A stretch of DNA of 64,000 nt from Planctomycetota bacterium (GCA_026991575.1 JALXBF010000116.1:64495-128494); one strand, 5' to 3'. Counted from the first letter of the stretch, positions 40,959-52,408 are shown. Made by a program: numbers and translations. Notes: generated from the sequence alone by a model not told the origin.

Positions 40959-41153
40959 ATGGACGTCCTCGTGTTGCTTGCATTTCTCGCAGCGTGGTTC
41001 GTGCTGGTCGTTTTCGTGCTCCCTCGCTTCGGCGTCTCGACGTGACTGACCGAATGCGGGCCCGGTGCGGGCTCCGAAATTGAGCAGTCGCAGGTTGAAT
41101 CCCAGCCGGACCGGGGACAGCACGCGGTAGAGCAGCACCGAACGCAGCCGTAG
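40959..41153 (+). CDS. Candidate small membrane-anchored selenoprotein (UGA at 41043-41045 read as Sec)
   Basis: MDVLVLLAFLAAWFVLVVFVLPRFGVST-U-LTECGPGAGSEIEQSQVESQPDRGQHAVEQHRTQP*. AAGGG RBS, one TM helix, SECIS-like hairpin 11 nt after the UGA. Alternative in-frame ATG at 40935. Confidence 0.65.
41057..41076 (+). promoter_or_regulatory. Putative bacterial SECIS element
   Basis: CGG-GCCC-GGTGC-GGGC-T-CCG hairpin. Loop GGU falls at +22..+24 counting the U of UGA as +1, the same positions as G22-G23-U24 in E. coli fdhF. Confidence 0.6.
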
Positions 41154-41190
41154 CCGGTTCGAGTGGTACGGCCGGCTATTGCTTGGTTAC

Positions 41191-42456
41191 ATGGCAGCCA
41201 CGACGGCCTACTCGGTCATCACCGCAAATGGCCTGCTCGGCGGGGTTGGCGTCTGGTCCCTGCGCCTGTCTGAATGGTCCGCAGCACATCGCTCGAGCGT
41301 TCGCTGGGTAACTGTTGTGCTGCGGAATGAATACACCGAAGATCAGACTGGCTGGTTCCTGCCCGAAGCCTTTCCGAACGTAACGTTCTGGGACTATAGC
41401 GCCCTGGACCAGAAGCCACGGCTGCTTCGCGCCTTGGCCGAGTACCTGGCCGAAGCCGACGTGGTCTTGCCCAACTACGTGGTCGCAGCGTGGGACGCGG
41501 TGGCCATGCTGAAGCAAGTCAGGAATTGTCGCTCTCTGCCGCGTGTGATCGGCGTCTGTCACTCCGACCACGAACTCTTCTACCGCTGGATCCGCGACTT
41601 CGGTCCAACGCTCGATGCGGCGGTTGCCGTCAGCCGCCACTGTCTGCAGGAGCTCAGAGCGCGCTGCGAACTGACTGACGTACCGCTGCACCAGCTGCCG
41701 TACGGCGTCCCGGTGCCGCCCGTTGTTGAGGACCGCCCCCCTGCTCCGCCGCTGCGGCTGGTCTATGTAGGCCGTCTCTCGGAGCGGCAGAAGCGTGTCT
41801 CGCTCCTTGTTCGGCTAGCCGAAGAGCTGTTACGGCGGAGGTGCCCGTTCGCGCTGGAAGTCTACGGAGACGGGCCGGACCGAGAGGCTTTGGTGGCTGC
41901 GCTTCGGAAAGGTCCGCACGACCTCATGCAGCTTCGTGAGCCGCTCGCCTACGGGCAACTGAACGAGGCGTTCAAATCGGCGCACGTGCAGCTGTTGCTG
42001 TCCGATCACGAGGGGCTTCCGATCGCGTTGCTGGAAGGGATGGCGCACGGCGTCGTGCCGGTTGCGACGGCCATCGCGAGCGGCATCCCGGAGCTGATTT
42101 CGTCGGGGACCAATGGCTTCACTGTTCCGGTTGATGATCCAGTCCCGTCGGCGGCGGAGTTGCTCACCGAGTTAGTGCGAGCGCCGGAGAAGCTGGCTGA
42201 GCTTTCCGCTGCTGCTCGCGCGACGGTCTTGAACTACTACAGTTTGGATCGAGTAGCGCCGCAATGGTTGGAGCTGGTCGCGTCGCTACGGGCTGTGCCC
42301 GCTCGGGTGGCACCGTCCAGCTGGCGCCCCCCTGTGCCTACCGGGTTCGGGCGGACGTCCGTTCTGGACCGGACGTGGCTGCCGCGGGGGCTGGTCCTGT
42401 GGCTACGTCACCTGCGGCACCGCCGCAACAGGTCCTCACAGAGACGGGCGCGCTAG
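41191..42456 (+). CDS. Glycosyltransferase family 4 (GT-B)
   Basis: YVGRLSERQKRV, GDGPD, SDHEGLPIALLEGMAHGVVPV, GIPELI. Confidence 0.9.
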   Translation: MAATTAYSVITANGLLGGVGVWSLRLSEWSAAHRSSVRWVTVVLRNEYTEDQTGWFLPEAFPNVTFWDYSALDQKPRLLRALAEYLAEADVVLPNYVVAAWDAVAMLKQVRNCRSLPRVIGVCHSDHELFYRWIRDFGPTLDAAVAVSRHCLQELRARCELTDVPLHQLPYGVPVPPVVEDRPPAPPLRLVYVGRLSERQKRVSLLVRLAEELLRRRCPFALEVYGDGPDREALVAALRKGPHDLMQLREPLAYGQLNEAFKSAHVQLLLSDHEGLPIALLEGMAHGVVPVATAIASGIPELISSGTNGFTVPVDDPVPSAAELLTELVRAPEKLAELSAAARATVLNYYSLDRVAPQWLELVASLRAVPARVAPSSWRPPVPTGFGRTSVLDRTWLPRGLVLWLRHLRHRRNRSSQRRAR

Positions 42457-43861
42457 GCAGCAGTAGATCGGGGGACACCGGCAGCAGGTCGGCCGATGGC
42501 ACCAATCGAATGGCGCCCGGCCGCAGCCTGGCCAGCCATGCGGGCGTCGGCTCACCGCGCGGAGGCACCCAGAAGAAAGCAGATGGGCCACCGTTGAGCA
42601 CGGCACAGGCCTGCCGCCAGCTCAATGGGCCCTGCCACAGCACGACCTTGCCATGGATTGCCTGCGGTACCAGGTCCTTCGCCGGCGTCTGGCACCGTAT
42701 TGCCTCTCGTCGCGCGCGGCCGGGACGCCGCGCAGCTGTCTGCCGCAACTGCTCCACCCACGGGTGATTGGCCACCACGGTCCGGATCGAGTCCAGCTGC
42801 CATCGGGTTGCCGCCAGGAACTGACGTGCTCGCTGGTGGTACCAGCGACAGGGAACGCGGGCCCAGCCGTAACGAAGCACGAGACTCTTGAGCTCCGGCG
42901 TACTCAGCGACAGCCCGGCGGCAAGCTTCCGTTCGCTGATGCGCTGCGCCCGGCGTGCCGTCTGAACGTCGCCGGCCAACCAAGCCCAGGCAGCCAGCTC
43001 GGCCGTGGCCAGAGCAAGCCGTGCGCGAAGCGTCTCGGGTGGCAGCTTCCAGGCCGACGCGCGTGCGATCAGGTAGCGTTGCACGGCGGCGATACCGGCC
43101 GCCTGAGAACGTGCCCGCGCCAGCGAGTAGCGCGCACCGTGGCTGCGGAAGTGGTACAGCGGCTCGGCAATGTGGTAGAAGCGATGGCCACGCTCGGCTA
43201 AGCGGACCCAGAGCCAGTAGTCCTCAGGCGGTTCGGTGTACGGCCGACGCTCCGCTACGGCGCTACGGCGGATGAGCACGGTACCGTGTACGATCGGATT
43301 GCGCACCAGGAGTTCAGCGAGCGGATTGGCTGCGTCCCAGTCCGGGAACCGCTCGATCCGATTGCCGGCTTCGTCTACAACCCACGCTCCACAACTGACG
43401 ACGGCCACCTCAGGATGTTTCTCGGCGACCTCCACCTGGCGGCGCAGACGCGTCGGGTCGCTCCAGTCGTCAGCATCCATTCGAGCCACCAGCGGGGCGG
43501 TGGCAGCGGCCCAACCGGTATTGAGGGCCTCGATAAGCCCCAGGTGAGGCTGCCGGAGGACACGAACACGGCCGTCGCAACGAGCGAAGCGGGCAAGGAT
43601 TCTGGGAGTCTCGTCGGTGGACCCGTCGTCGACGACGATCAGTTCCAGCTGACGCAGCTCCTGCCCCAGTACGCTACGGACCGCCTCTGCCACATGGGCT
43701 GCGCCGTTGTAGACCGGCATGACCACACTGACACGCGGTCGGAACAGGAGCCGCTGCGGCTGATACAGCAAGCATTGCACGCGGCCGTCAGGGCGGGTCC
43801 ACGTTGCAAGCATGAGCGTCGTTGCGCCGTGGGAGCCGGAATTGTTGGTTGAACGGTCCAC
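42338..43861 (-). CDS. Glycosyltransferase family 2; start and C-terminus uncertain
   Basis: VSVVMPVYNG, VVDDGSTD, ARMDADD, HGTVLIR, EDYWLW. Confidence 0.85.
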   Translation of the reverse strand: MDRSTNNSGSHGATTLMLATWTRPDGRVQCLLYQPQRLLFRPRVSVVMPVYNGAAHVAEAVRSVLGQELRQLELIVVDDGSTDETPRILARFARCDGRVRVLRQPHLGLIEALNTGWAAATAPLVARMDADDWSDPTRLRRQVEVAEKHPEVAVVSCGAWVVDEAGNRIERFPDWDAANPLAELLVRNPIVHGTVLIRRSAVAERRPYTEPPEDYWLWVRLAERGHRFYHIAEPLYHFRSHGARYSLARARSQAAGIAAVQRYLIARASAWKLPPETLRARLALATAELAAWAWLAGDVQTARRAQRISERKLAAGLSLSTPELKSLVLRYGWARVPCRWYHQRARQFLAATRWQLDSIRTVVANHPWVEQLRQTAARRPGRARREAIRCQTPAKDLVPQAIHGKVVLWQGPLSWRQACAVLNGGPSAFFWVPPRGEPTPAWLARLRPGAIRLVPSADLLPVSPDLLLPSAPVSVRTCCGGAAGDVATGPAPAAATSGPERTSARTR

Positions 43862-43922
43862 TCACTGGGCGCTGCTCTACGAAGCGCGGACGCCTGAGCC
43901 TTGTCGATCCAGCAGCTCCCAG

Positions 43923-46013
43923 TCAACGGCTGCCGCTGGCGGCAAGCTCATGGTTCAGTGAGCGGACGTAGTCGGTCATGATCTGCAGCACTTCGCGGTT
44001 GTAGAAGTCTTCCGGATCAAAGACCGGCTCGTCCAGCGTGCCGTTCAGCTTTTCGATCAGTTCCCGATCGTCCTCGTCCGTGCCCGTCTCGACCTCGGCG
44101 CGGTACTTGTCGATGTGGAGCGGGATGCTCTTGCGCTGGCGCCGCGCCTCAAGCACGGCAATACGGCGAACCAGCTTGCGGAAATCTTCCGACTCTTCCA
44201 CCCGCTTCGCCGACCGTTGTCTCAGCACCGCTACGATGCTCTCTGGCACGAGATTCATCCGCTCGTACTCGGCCGGAGCAACCCGGCTAAACGGCAGCGC
44301 GTGATCCAGGTACCGCTCGCCAATTTCCATGTGGTCGTACGGTGAGGGCAGAACGATGTCAGATTGGACCCCTCGATTTTGTGTGCTATCGCCGTTGACG
44401 CGGTAAAACTCCTGGATGGTGATCTTCAGCGCCCCGAAGGTCGGCTTGCGGCCTGGCTCGCCGCGAAGCATCTGCCGGTCGAGGTCGATGATCGTCTGCA
44501 CGGTGCCTTTGCCATGCGTATGCTCGTCACCGACGATCAGAGCCCGGCCGTAGTCCTGCATGGCACCGGCGAAGATTTCCGAGGCGCTTGCGCTGAAGCG
44601 GTTCACGAGCACCAGCATCGGGCCATCGTAGACCATGCCCGGGTACGTGTCGTCGTAGGCCCGCACCTGACCGCGGAAGTTCTTGACCTGGACCACGGGG
44701 CCTGAATCGATGAAGAGGCTGACCATGCCGATCGCCTCGCTCAGCGCCCCGCCGCCGTTGAACCGGAGATCGAGAATGAGGCCGTCGAGCTTCTGGCCGC
44801 TCTGAGCCTCGTGCACCTTGAACCGCTCGATGATCGCTCGAACATCGCGCGTGGTGCTCCGTGCGTCATCCCGGCCAGCGTTGGCCGCGGCAATGTCCAG
44901 GTAGAACGATGGCAACCGGACAACGCCAAAGCGGTATGGCGTACCGTCTGGTTTGCGGCCAAACGTCACGATCTCCCCTTTCGCGGCCTGCGTCTGGATA
45001 TCGACCTTGTCGCGCACCAGGCGGATGATCTTCGGCTTGCCCCCGTCAGCAGGCACGACGCGCAGTCGCACCACGGTGCCGCGCGGACCGCGGATGAGCT
45101 TGACAACATCCGGCAGGCGTCGGTCCACGACATCGACAAACTCACCCTCATCACCCTGGGCTACCCCGATGATCTTGTCCCCCGGCTTGAGGCGACCGTC
45201 GCGCGCTGCGGGTCCACCCGGCAGAACCTTGTCCACGATTGTGTAGCCTTCTTCCCAGCGAAGCTGGGCCCCGATGCCTTCCAGGTGGAGCCGCATGTTG
45301 ATGTTGAAGTCCTCAAACGTATCAGCCGACATGTACGATGTGTGCGGATCATAGACATTAGCTAACGACGTGAGATATTCCTCTAGCACGTCGTTTGGCT
45401 TGGTCTGCTTGACCATCTTCAGGTATGTCTCGTACCGCTTCCGAACCTTGGCGACAGCCTTCTCGTAGTCGCCTACGTCGCGGGCAATCATCTCACGGAG
45501 CACTTCGTACTTGAGTCGCTTGCGCCAGCGCTGGCGGATTTCGCCCTCGTCGGCCGGGTAGTCCAGGCGATCGGCATCGGTGAGCAGGTACTCGTCGATC
45601 GTGAAATCAAACCCCCGCTCCAGCAGCTCCTGCACCAGCTCGACGCGCTCCTCCACCCGCTGGAGGTACCGGTTGTATACGTCGAACCCGAACTTCACAT
45701 CGCCCTGTTTGACCTCGTCGTCCAGGAGGGTGGCGTGCGCCTCGAACTCGCGGACATCCGCCTTCGTGAAGTACATCTTCCCTGGATCGAGCTTCTTCAA
45801 GTACTGCCGGAAGAATTCGCGCGACAGGCTGTCATCGAGCGGCTTGCGGCTGAGGTGAACGTGCTCCAAGAAGTAGGCAACCGTCTGGGCGATGATCCCG
45901 TGAACCCGGGACGGGGCCCCAACATCCGCCTGCAGGTGCCACGCCGCGGCGCCGAGAGCCAAGCCAACAGGAACGATCAATACGCCCGCGTACTGCTTGA
46001 GCAAACGACTCAT
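43923..46013 (-). CDS. prc: Carboxy-terminal processing (tail-specific) S41 protease
   Basis: DPHTSY, GIGAQL PDZ domain, LDLRFNGGG, SASASEIFAGAMQDYGRA, GKGTVQ, STQNRGV. Confidence 0.92.
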   Translation of the reverse strand: MSRLLKQYAGVLIVPVGLALGAAAWHLQADVGAPSRVHGIIAQTVAYFLEHVHLSRKPLDDSLSREFFRQYLKKLDPGKMYFTKADVREFEAHATLLDDEVKQGDVKFGFDVYNRYLQRVEERVELVQELLERGFDFTIDEYLLTDADRLDYPADEGEIRQRWRKRLKYEVLREMIARDVGDYEKAVAKVRKRYETYLKMVKQTKPNDVLEEYLTSLANVYDPHTSYMSADTFEDFNINMRLHLEGIGAQLRWEEGYTIVDKVLPGGPAARDGRLKPGDKIIGVAQGDEGEFVDVVDRRLPDVVKLIRGPRGTVVRLRVVPADGGKPKIIRLVRDKVDIQTQAAKGEIVTFGRKPDGTPYRFGVVRLPSFYLDIAAANAGRDDARSTTRDVRAIIERFKVHEAQSGQKLDGLILDLRFNGGGALSEAIGMVSLFIDSGPVVQVKNFRGQVRAYDDTYPGMVYDGPMLVLVNRFSASASEIFAGAMQDYGRALIVGDEHTHGKGTVQTIIDLDRQMLRGEPGRKPTFGALKITIQEFYRVNGDSTQNRGVQSDIVLPSPYDHMEIGERYLDHALPFSRVAPAEYERMNLVPESIVAVLRQRSAKRVEESEDFRKLVRRIAVLEARRQRKSIPLHIDKYRAEVETGTDEDDRELIEKLNGTLDEPVFDPEDFYNREVLQIMTDYVRSLNHELAASGSR

Positions 46014-46307
46014 GGAATCTCCCCTGTTCTCGTTTGTCCGGCACGGTCCCTGCCCCCTGGGCTCCACGATCCGGAGCTGCCGACGTGGCACGGACACAGG
46101 AGGTTCTCCCAAATTGTACCTTTCCGCGTCTGATCCACCAGCGCTGCGCCCCGTGCGCCGGCCGGCGGGCAGCGTTGTCGCCGCAGACGTCACCGCAACG
46201 GCACGACCGGTCCTATGAGCGTCTCGACCACAGGAAATCGGCCGATTAAGCCCCGTGGGGCAGTCGAGACAATCGGTCGTGCGGCCAAGCGCCCGATGGG
46301 TGCTACG

Positions 46308-47192
46308 CTAGGTCTGCCAGCGGCGGCGTCGGTTCAACAGTCCCTGCATGTAGTCAGCGATGACGTGCGGCCCTGCGCCCAGCTCCGCGGCAATCGCCCG
46401 TAGCCGCTCTCGGACCACGCCGATCGACTCCGGACGTTGCTGTGGCTTCTCCGCGCAGCAGGCGCGCACCAACGCCGCCAACCGCTCGGGAACCTCCGGG
46501 TTCATCTCGCGCACGTCTCGTAGCGTCATGCCGCTGAGGCCGATAGCGTGGCCGTCAGCACGCTGGGACCGCATCGTTCCGGTCAGCAGTCGATGCGCCA
46601 GGACCCCAAAGTTATAGATGTCTGTCTTGGGCGTCACCCGGCGGTGCATCACCTGCTCGGGCGCCAGATAGCCACGCGTTCCCTGGATCCGCTGCTTGTT
46701 CTGCCCTCGGATCCAGGCCAGGCCAAAGTCGATCACTTTCACGCCTCCCTGCCAGTCGACAACGATGTTGTTCGGCTTCAGGTCTGCGTGGCAGACCCCG
46801 CGCTCGTGCATGTGCTCCATAGCAGCAGCGACTTCGCTCAGCACAGCTACGGCCACCGGGATCGTCGGCTGGAGCTGCTCCAGCACCTGGCCATCCACGT
46901 ATTCCAGCAACGTACGTACCTCCCGGATCCCGAACCAGCCCCAGCGCCGCCTGAGCAGGATGTCGAACGCCTTCAGGATGTTCGGATGGCTAAGCCGGCG
47001 GACCACCTCGTACTCGTGGATCGCCTGATCCACGTATTTCTGGTCCTCGGCGCTGTCGCGTTTCACGACCTTCAAGGCGTACCGTCGCCCACTGGCCGGG
47101 TCCCGCGCCAGAAACACTTCGCTACCGGCACCCCGGCCGATGGGCCGAACGATCTGGACGCGCTGGATCAGGCTACCTTCTGTCGTGGTCAT
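46308..47192 (-). CDS. Hanks-type Ser/Thr protein kinase
   Basis: IGRGAGSEV, ALK, HADLKPNN, IDFG, YLAPE, DIYNFG. Confidence 0.92.
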   Translation of the reverse strand: MTTTEGSLIQRVQIVRPIGRGAGSEVFLARDPASGRRYALKVVKRDSAEDQKYVDQAIHEYEVVRRLSHPNILKAFDILLRRRWGWFGIREVRTLLEYVDGQVLEQLQPTIPVAVAVLSEVAAAMEHMHERGVCHADLKPNNIVVDWQGGVKVIDFGLAWIRGQNKQRIQGTRGYLAPEQVMHRRVTPKTDIYNFGVLAHRLLTGTMRSQRADGHAIGLSGMTLRDVREMNPEVPERLAALVRACCAEKPQQRPESIGVVRERLRAIAAELGAGPHVIADYMQGLLNRRRRWQT

Positions 47193-47518
47193 CGCCTCCG
47201 GATAGCTCTGGTTCGTGCCGCGACTGTCAGGCTCACTGCTGTTGCTACGCGATCTACGCGGACAAGTTTACGCGATCACTGCCGCCGAGCGGTCGTCCCG
47301 ATCGGGGCGAAGCCGCGACGGGCACTTTGCCGATAAGGCTTGCAGAGGCCACCAGGGGCTTGCGCCGGCTTCGCGCGACAGGCACAATCGTTACAGCCGT
47401 GCAGGCCGGTCCTTAAAGTCACGTTGCGGGGCTTCGCACCACAAACGATAGTTGGGTAGCAGAAGAGCCGGTGAACACCTGCAGCACAGAGCTTGCGTGA
47501 GGTTCCGGAGACAGCCCC

Positions 47519-47731
47519 ATGACGGTGCAACTCCATCGCCACCGCCGCACGGGTCAGCTGTACGTCATTCGCCGCGAGGAGGTGCGTGAGGACGGGGTTT
47601 GGTTTGTGTGCGAGTGGGTGGACGTGAGATCCGGCGTGCTGCTGCATACGGGGCATATCGAACGGATCCGCCCCCGAGCTCTGCAGCCAGCCCGGTGCGA
47701 TGTGGTCGTAGAGATTGAGAGCTGGCGCTAG
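47519..47731 (+). CDS. Small hypothetical protein
   Basis: GGAG RBS and a 70-aa ORF with globular-looking composition in the gap before pstS. Confidence 0.5.
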   Translation: MTVQLHRHRRTGQLYVIRREEVREDGVWFVCEWVDVRSGVLLHTGHIERIRPRALQPARCDVVVEIESWR

Positions 47732-47837
47732 CCGTCACCGCCCCCTGCCGCTGTTCTTCTCCCGATCCGGTCGTGCCAACCGCCTCCCGTATACTTAGTG
47801 CTACATGCCCCGACGATTGATCCGGGAGGTCCAGCCG

Positions 47838-48866
47838 ATGGGCTCTGTCCTCTGCCCTCCGTCTTTTCGTTGCCGCTGGCCAGGCACTGTCGCATTTCTG
47901 CTGACAGCGGTGGTGCTCAGCGGCTGCTCCTCGGGCACACCGGACGCGGCTCAGGCGCCACCGATCAATGTGCCGCCGCCGGATCCGGCCCGTTGTGTCC
48001 TGCCCACGGAGGAGTCGGTCCGTTCAGGAGCCTACCCCCTTGCCCGGCCGCTGTTCATCTACGTCAACAAGCAGAGCCTGCGCGAGAAACCTCAACTCTA
48101 CCAGTTCGTGCGTTACTATCTTGAGCACGCCGGCGAGCTGGCGAACGAAATCGGGTATTTTCCGTTTGGCGACGACGTCCGCAATGAGAATCTGAAGCTG
48201 CTGGAGCAAACGGTTCCCGAGCCGCCCTCCGGTCCAGCCCGCGGTGATGTCCACAGCGATGGCTCCAGCACGGTGTATCCGGTTACTCAGGCAGTTGCCG
48301 AGGAGTTCATGAAGGAGCATCCGGACATCCGGGTGCTGGTCGCCGTCAGCGGTACGGGCGGCGGGTTCAAGAAGTTTGTCCGGGGAGAGACCGACATCAA
48401 CTGTGCATCACGTCCCATTACCGAATCGGAGAAGGTCCTGTGCGAGCAGAACGGCATCGAGTACGTGGTGTTCAAGGTGTGTATCGACGCGATCGTCGTC
48501 GCGGTCAACACCGAAAACGACTGGTGCGATTGCTTGAGCTTCGAGCAGCTGCGTGAGATTTGGAAACCGGACAGTGTGGTCCAGTACTGGAGCCAGATCA
48601 ACCCTGCCTGGCCTCCAGAACCGATTCGGCTCTATGGTGCGGACACAGACTCGGGCACGTTCGACTATTTCACCGAGGCCATCGTGGGCGAGGCGCGGGC
48701 AAGCCGGACCGATTACACGCCGTCGGCTGACGACAACGTGCTTGTCCGCGGCATCGCCGGTGACCGCTACGCGCTCGGTTACATCCCCTACGCGTACTAC
48801 GTTGAGAACAAGTCGTCGTTGAAGGCGGTGCGACTGGCACCACCCGCACAGCACCAGGGCCGCTGA
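47838..48866 (+). CDS. pstS: Phosphate-binding lipoprotein PstS, circularly permuted
   Basis: GGGAGG RBS, lipobox [37 protein letters not shown]. The normally C-terminal [12 protein letters not shown] segment lies at the N-terminus. Confidence 0.9.
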   Translation: MGSVLCPPSFRCRWPGTVAFLLTAVVLSGCSSGTPDAAQAPPINVPPPDPARCVLPTEESVRSGAYPLARPLFIYVNKQSLREKPQLYQFVRYYLEHAGELANEIGYFPFGDDVRNENLKLLEQTVPEPPSGPARGDVHSDGSSTVYPVTQAVAEEFMKEHPDIRVLVAVSGTGGGFKKFVRGETDINCASRPITESEKVLCEQNGIEYVVFKVCIDAIVVAVNTENDWCDCLSFEQLREIWKPDSVVQYWSQINPAWPPEPIRLYGADTDSGTFDYFTEAIVGEARASRTDYTPSADDNVLVRGIAGDRYALGYIPYAYYVENKSSLKAVRLAPPAQHQGR

Positions 48867-48876
48867 GCAGAGGGCA

Positions 48877-49839
48877 ATGGCCGAGGACGCTGAACAACGC
48901 GACCGTAACGAACCCGCTGTGGCGCCGCCACATCAGGTTGCCGGCAGTCGTTTTGGCGAGCGCGTGATTCAGTGGCTACTGTTCGGCTGCGCCGCCGTCT
49001 CCGTGATCACGACGATGGCCATTGTCCTGGTGCTGATCACCGAGTCGGCTCGGTTCTTTCGTCAGGTTGGCTTCGCTGAGTTCTTCCTGGACACGAAGTG
49101 GACGCCACAGTTTGCGGAGAAGCATTTCGGCATCTGGCCGCTGCTGGCCGGCACCTTCCTGGTCACCGCAATCGCCGCCATCGTGGGCCTGCCCACCGGC
49201 CTGTTGGCGGCGATCTTCATGAGCGAGTATGCGGGCCCAAGGCTGCGTGGATTGCTAAAGCCGACGCTTGAGGTGCTGGCGGGCATCCCAACGGTCGTGT
49301 ACGGCTACTTTGCGCTTACCTTCATCACTCCCTATGTGCTGAAGCCGCTGTTCGAGCGATTGCTGGGAGTACACGTGGAGGTGTACAACGCGCTGGCAGC
49401 CGGGATTGTCGTCGGCATCATGGTGATCCCGATGGTCGCGTCGATTAGCGAGGACATCCTGCACAGCGTGCCGAACTCGTTGCGCGAAGCCGGCTATGCG
49501 CTGGGGGCAACCAGGGTGACCGTGGTGCTTCGCGTCGTGCTGCCGGCCGCTCTCTCCGGCGTGCTTGCCTCGTTCATCCTGGCCATAGCACGTGCTATCG
49601 GAGAGACCATGGCCGTAACGCTGGCCGCGGGCCTGAACCCGCGGTTGACCTTGAACCCGCTGCGCAGCGTCGAAACGATGACGGCCTACATCGTGAACGT
49701 GTCGCTGGGTGACACGCCGTTGGGTAGCATCGAGTACTACAGCATCTACGCTGTGGCCATTGTGCTCTTTGCTATTACGCTTGCCTCGAACGTCGCCGCC
49801 AACCTGATCCTGGCCCGCTACCGCGAAGTCTACCAGTGA
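48877..49839 (+). CDS. pstC: Phosphate ABC transporter permease PstC
   Basis: [38 protein letters not shown]. Confidence 0.95.
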   Translation: MAEDAEQRDRNEPAVAPPHQVAGSRFGERVIQWLLFGCAAVSVITTMAIVLVLITESARFFRQVGFAEFFLDTKWTPQFAEKHFGIWPLLAGTFLVTAIAAIVGLPTGLLAAIFMSEYAGPRLRGLLKPTLEVLAGIPTVVYGYFALTFITPYVLKPLFERLLGVHVEVYNALAAGIVVGIMVIPMVASISEDILHSVPNSLREAGYALGATRVTVVLRVVLPAALSGVLASFILAIARAIGETMAVTLAAGLNPRLTLNPLRSVETMTAYIVNVSLGDTPLGSIEYYSIYAVAIVLFAITLASNVAANLILARYREVYQ

Positions 49840-50831
49840 TGTCTGTACGGCATACAGCACCGAGCGGCAAGGAGCGATTGGTTGGGCGCGTTTTCCACGC
49901 TGCCTGCACCGTCGCAGCCCTGTTCGGCTGCCTGGTCCTGGCCGTGTTGCTGGCTGCCATCGTGTGGCAGGCCTGGGGCTGGTTGAACTGGGAGTTCCTG
50001 ACCCGCTTTGACTCGCGGCGGCCAGATCAAGCCGGCGTAAAGGCGGCACTTTGGGGAAGCTTCTGGGTCCTAACCTTCACGGCCATCGTAGCCGTTCCGT
50101 TGTCAATCGGGGCAGCCATCTACCTTGAGGAATACGCACGGAAGTCGCGCCTGACCACGTTCCTGCAACTGAACGTGAACAACTTGGCTGGAGTACCGTC
50201 GATCGTCTTCGGTATTCTTGGCTTGACGGCCTTCGTACGAATGTTTGGCATCTTCGGTAACGAACCAGAAACCGTTGCCATCCCGCTCGGCCTGTGTACG
50301 CTCAAACTTCAGTTGCCCTTCGGCCGGTCCGTTCTGGCCGGGGCGCTGACGCTGGCGCTGCTGATTATGCCTATCCTGATCGTTGCAACCCAGGAGGCCT
50401 TGCGTGCCGTGCCGGCCGGCGTGCGGCATGCAGCCCTGGCATTGGGTGCCAGCAAGTGGCAGACGATCCGCTACCAGGTGCTGCCGGCGGCGGCACCGGG
50501 CATTTTGACCGGCGTCATCCTTGCCCTCTCGCGCGCTGTGGGCGAGACAGCCCCGCTGCTGATGATCGGAGCGCTCAGCTACGTCGCCTTCACGCCAGGC
50601 GGCATCGAACGACTCGCCGACCTGCTCTCGCTTCAGAAACTGGCCGGGGTACCGTTCTCGCCGTTTACCGTGTTGCCGATCCAGATCTTCAACTGGGCGC
50701 TACGCCCCCAGCGTGAGTACCATCACCTGGCGGCAGCCGCTATCGTGGTGTTGCTGGTGTTTCTGTTGCTCATGAATGCGGCCGCCATCTACCTGCGCTA
50801 CCGCTTCCGACGGCGCCTCACCGGCCGCTAG
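49836..50831 (+). CDS. pstA: Phosphate ABC transporter permease PstA
   Basis: [37 protein letters not shown]. Confidence 0.95.
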   Translation: MMSVRHTAPSGKERLVGRVFHAACTVAALFGCLVLAVLLAAIVWQAWGWLNWEFLTRFDSRRPDQAGVKAALWGSFWVLTFTAIVAVPLSIGAAIYLEEYARKSRLTTFLQLNVNNLAGVPSIVFGILGLTAFVRMFGIFGNEPETVAIPLGLCTLKLQLPFGRSVLAGALTLALLIMPILIVATQEALRAVPAGVRHAALALGASKWQTIRYQVLPAAAPGILTGVILALSRAVGETAPLLMIGALSYVAFTPGGIERLADLLSLQKLAGVPFSPFTVLPIQIFNWALRPQREYHHLAAAAIVVLLVFLLLMNAAAIYLRYRFRRRLTGR

Positions 50832-50886
50832 CCGCTTCCATGCCAAACGGGCCTGGCGGAGCGCGTATGCGGAGAGCCAGACGACA

Positions 50887-51729
<843 letters not shown>

Positions 51730-51745
51730 CGCCAAGGGGAGTCCG

Positions 51746-52408
51746 ATGACCGTCCATCTTGCCCGCGACATGGAGCGACTCCACAACGACCTCCTGCACA
51801 TGTGCGCGCAGGTCGAGGAGATGATCAAGGAAGCAGTCGACCTGCTCGATGAGCCCAGCGTGGAACAGGCGCAGCAGCTGAGCGAACGGGACGACGAGAT
51901 CGACCGCTGGGATGTCAAACTCGAAGAAGACTGCCTCAAAGTGCTCGCCCTGCATCAGCCGGTTGCGATCGACCTGAGACGGATCACGACCGTCCTGAAA
52001 GTCACGGCCGAGCTGGAACGGATCGCGGACCTAGCCGTGAACATTGCCGAGCGGGCCGCCGGGCTGCTGGAAGGGCCGCGCATCGAAGTGCCACCCAAGC
52101 TGGACGAAATGGCCAAGATTGCCGTCGAAATGATGCACGACGCCATCCAGTCCTACGTCGCCATGGACGCCGAACGAGCCTGGCAAGTCATCCGGCGTGA
52201 CGACCAGGTGGACGTGCTGAACCGAGCCATTATCGACGAGCTACGCGAGACGATGAAACGCTCTCCGGACCTGGTCGACCCGTGCCTGCACCTCTTCTCC
52301 GCCGGCAGACACGTGGAGCGCGTGGCAGACCACGCCACGAACATCGCCGAGGATGTGATCTATCTGGTGAAAGGAGAGATCGTACGCCACCAGCCAACGA
52401 TGCGCTAG
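51746..52408 (+). CDS. phoU: Phosphate signalling protein PhoU
   Basis: QPVAIDLR, LERIADLAVNIA, VERVADHATNIAEDVIY. Confidence 0.96.
   Translation: MTVHLARDMERLHNDLLHMCAQVEEMIKEAVDLLDEPSVEQAQQLSERDDEIDRWDVKLEEDCLKVLALHQPVAIDLRRITTVLKVTAELERIADLAVNIAERAAGLLEGPRIEVPPKLDEMAKIAVEMMHDAIQSYVAMDAERAWQVIRRDDQVDVLNRAIIDELRETMKRSPDLVDPCLHLFSAGRHVERVADHATNIAEDVIYLVKGEIVRHQPTMR

Noticed and set aside
40821-41138. 105-aa minus-strand ORF in the track
   Set aside because: No motif, and it is antisense to the better-supported TM/UGA/SECIS ORF.
46308-47192. HAD instead of HRD suggesting a pseudokinase
   Set aside because: Catalytic Asp, Lys, Asn, DFG and APE are intact, so this is a non-RD kinase.
47732-47837. 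Pho box upstream of pstS
   Set aside because: TATACT is present at 47790-47795, but there are no convincing 11-bp-spaced direct repeats.
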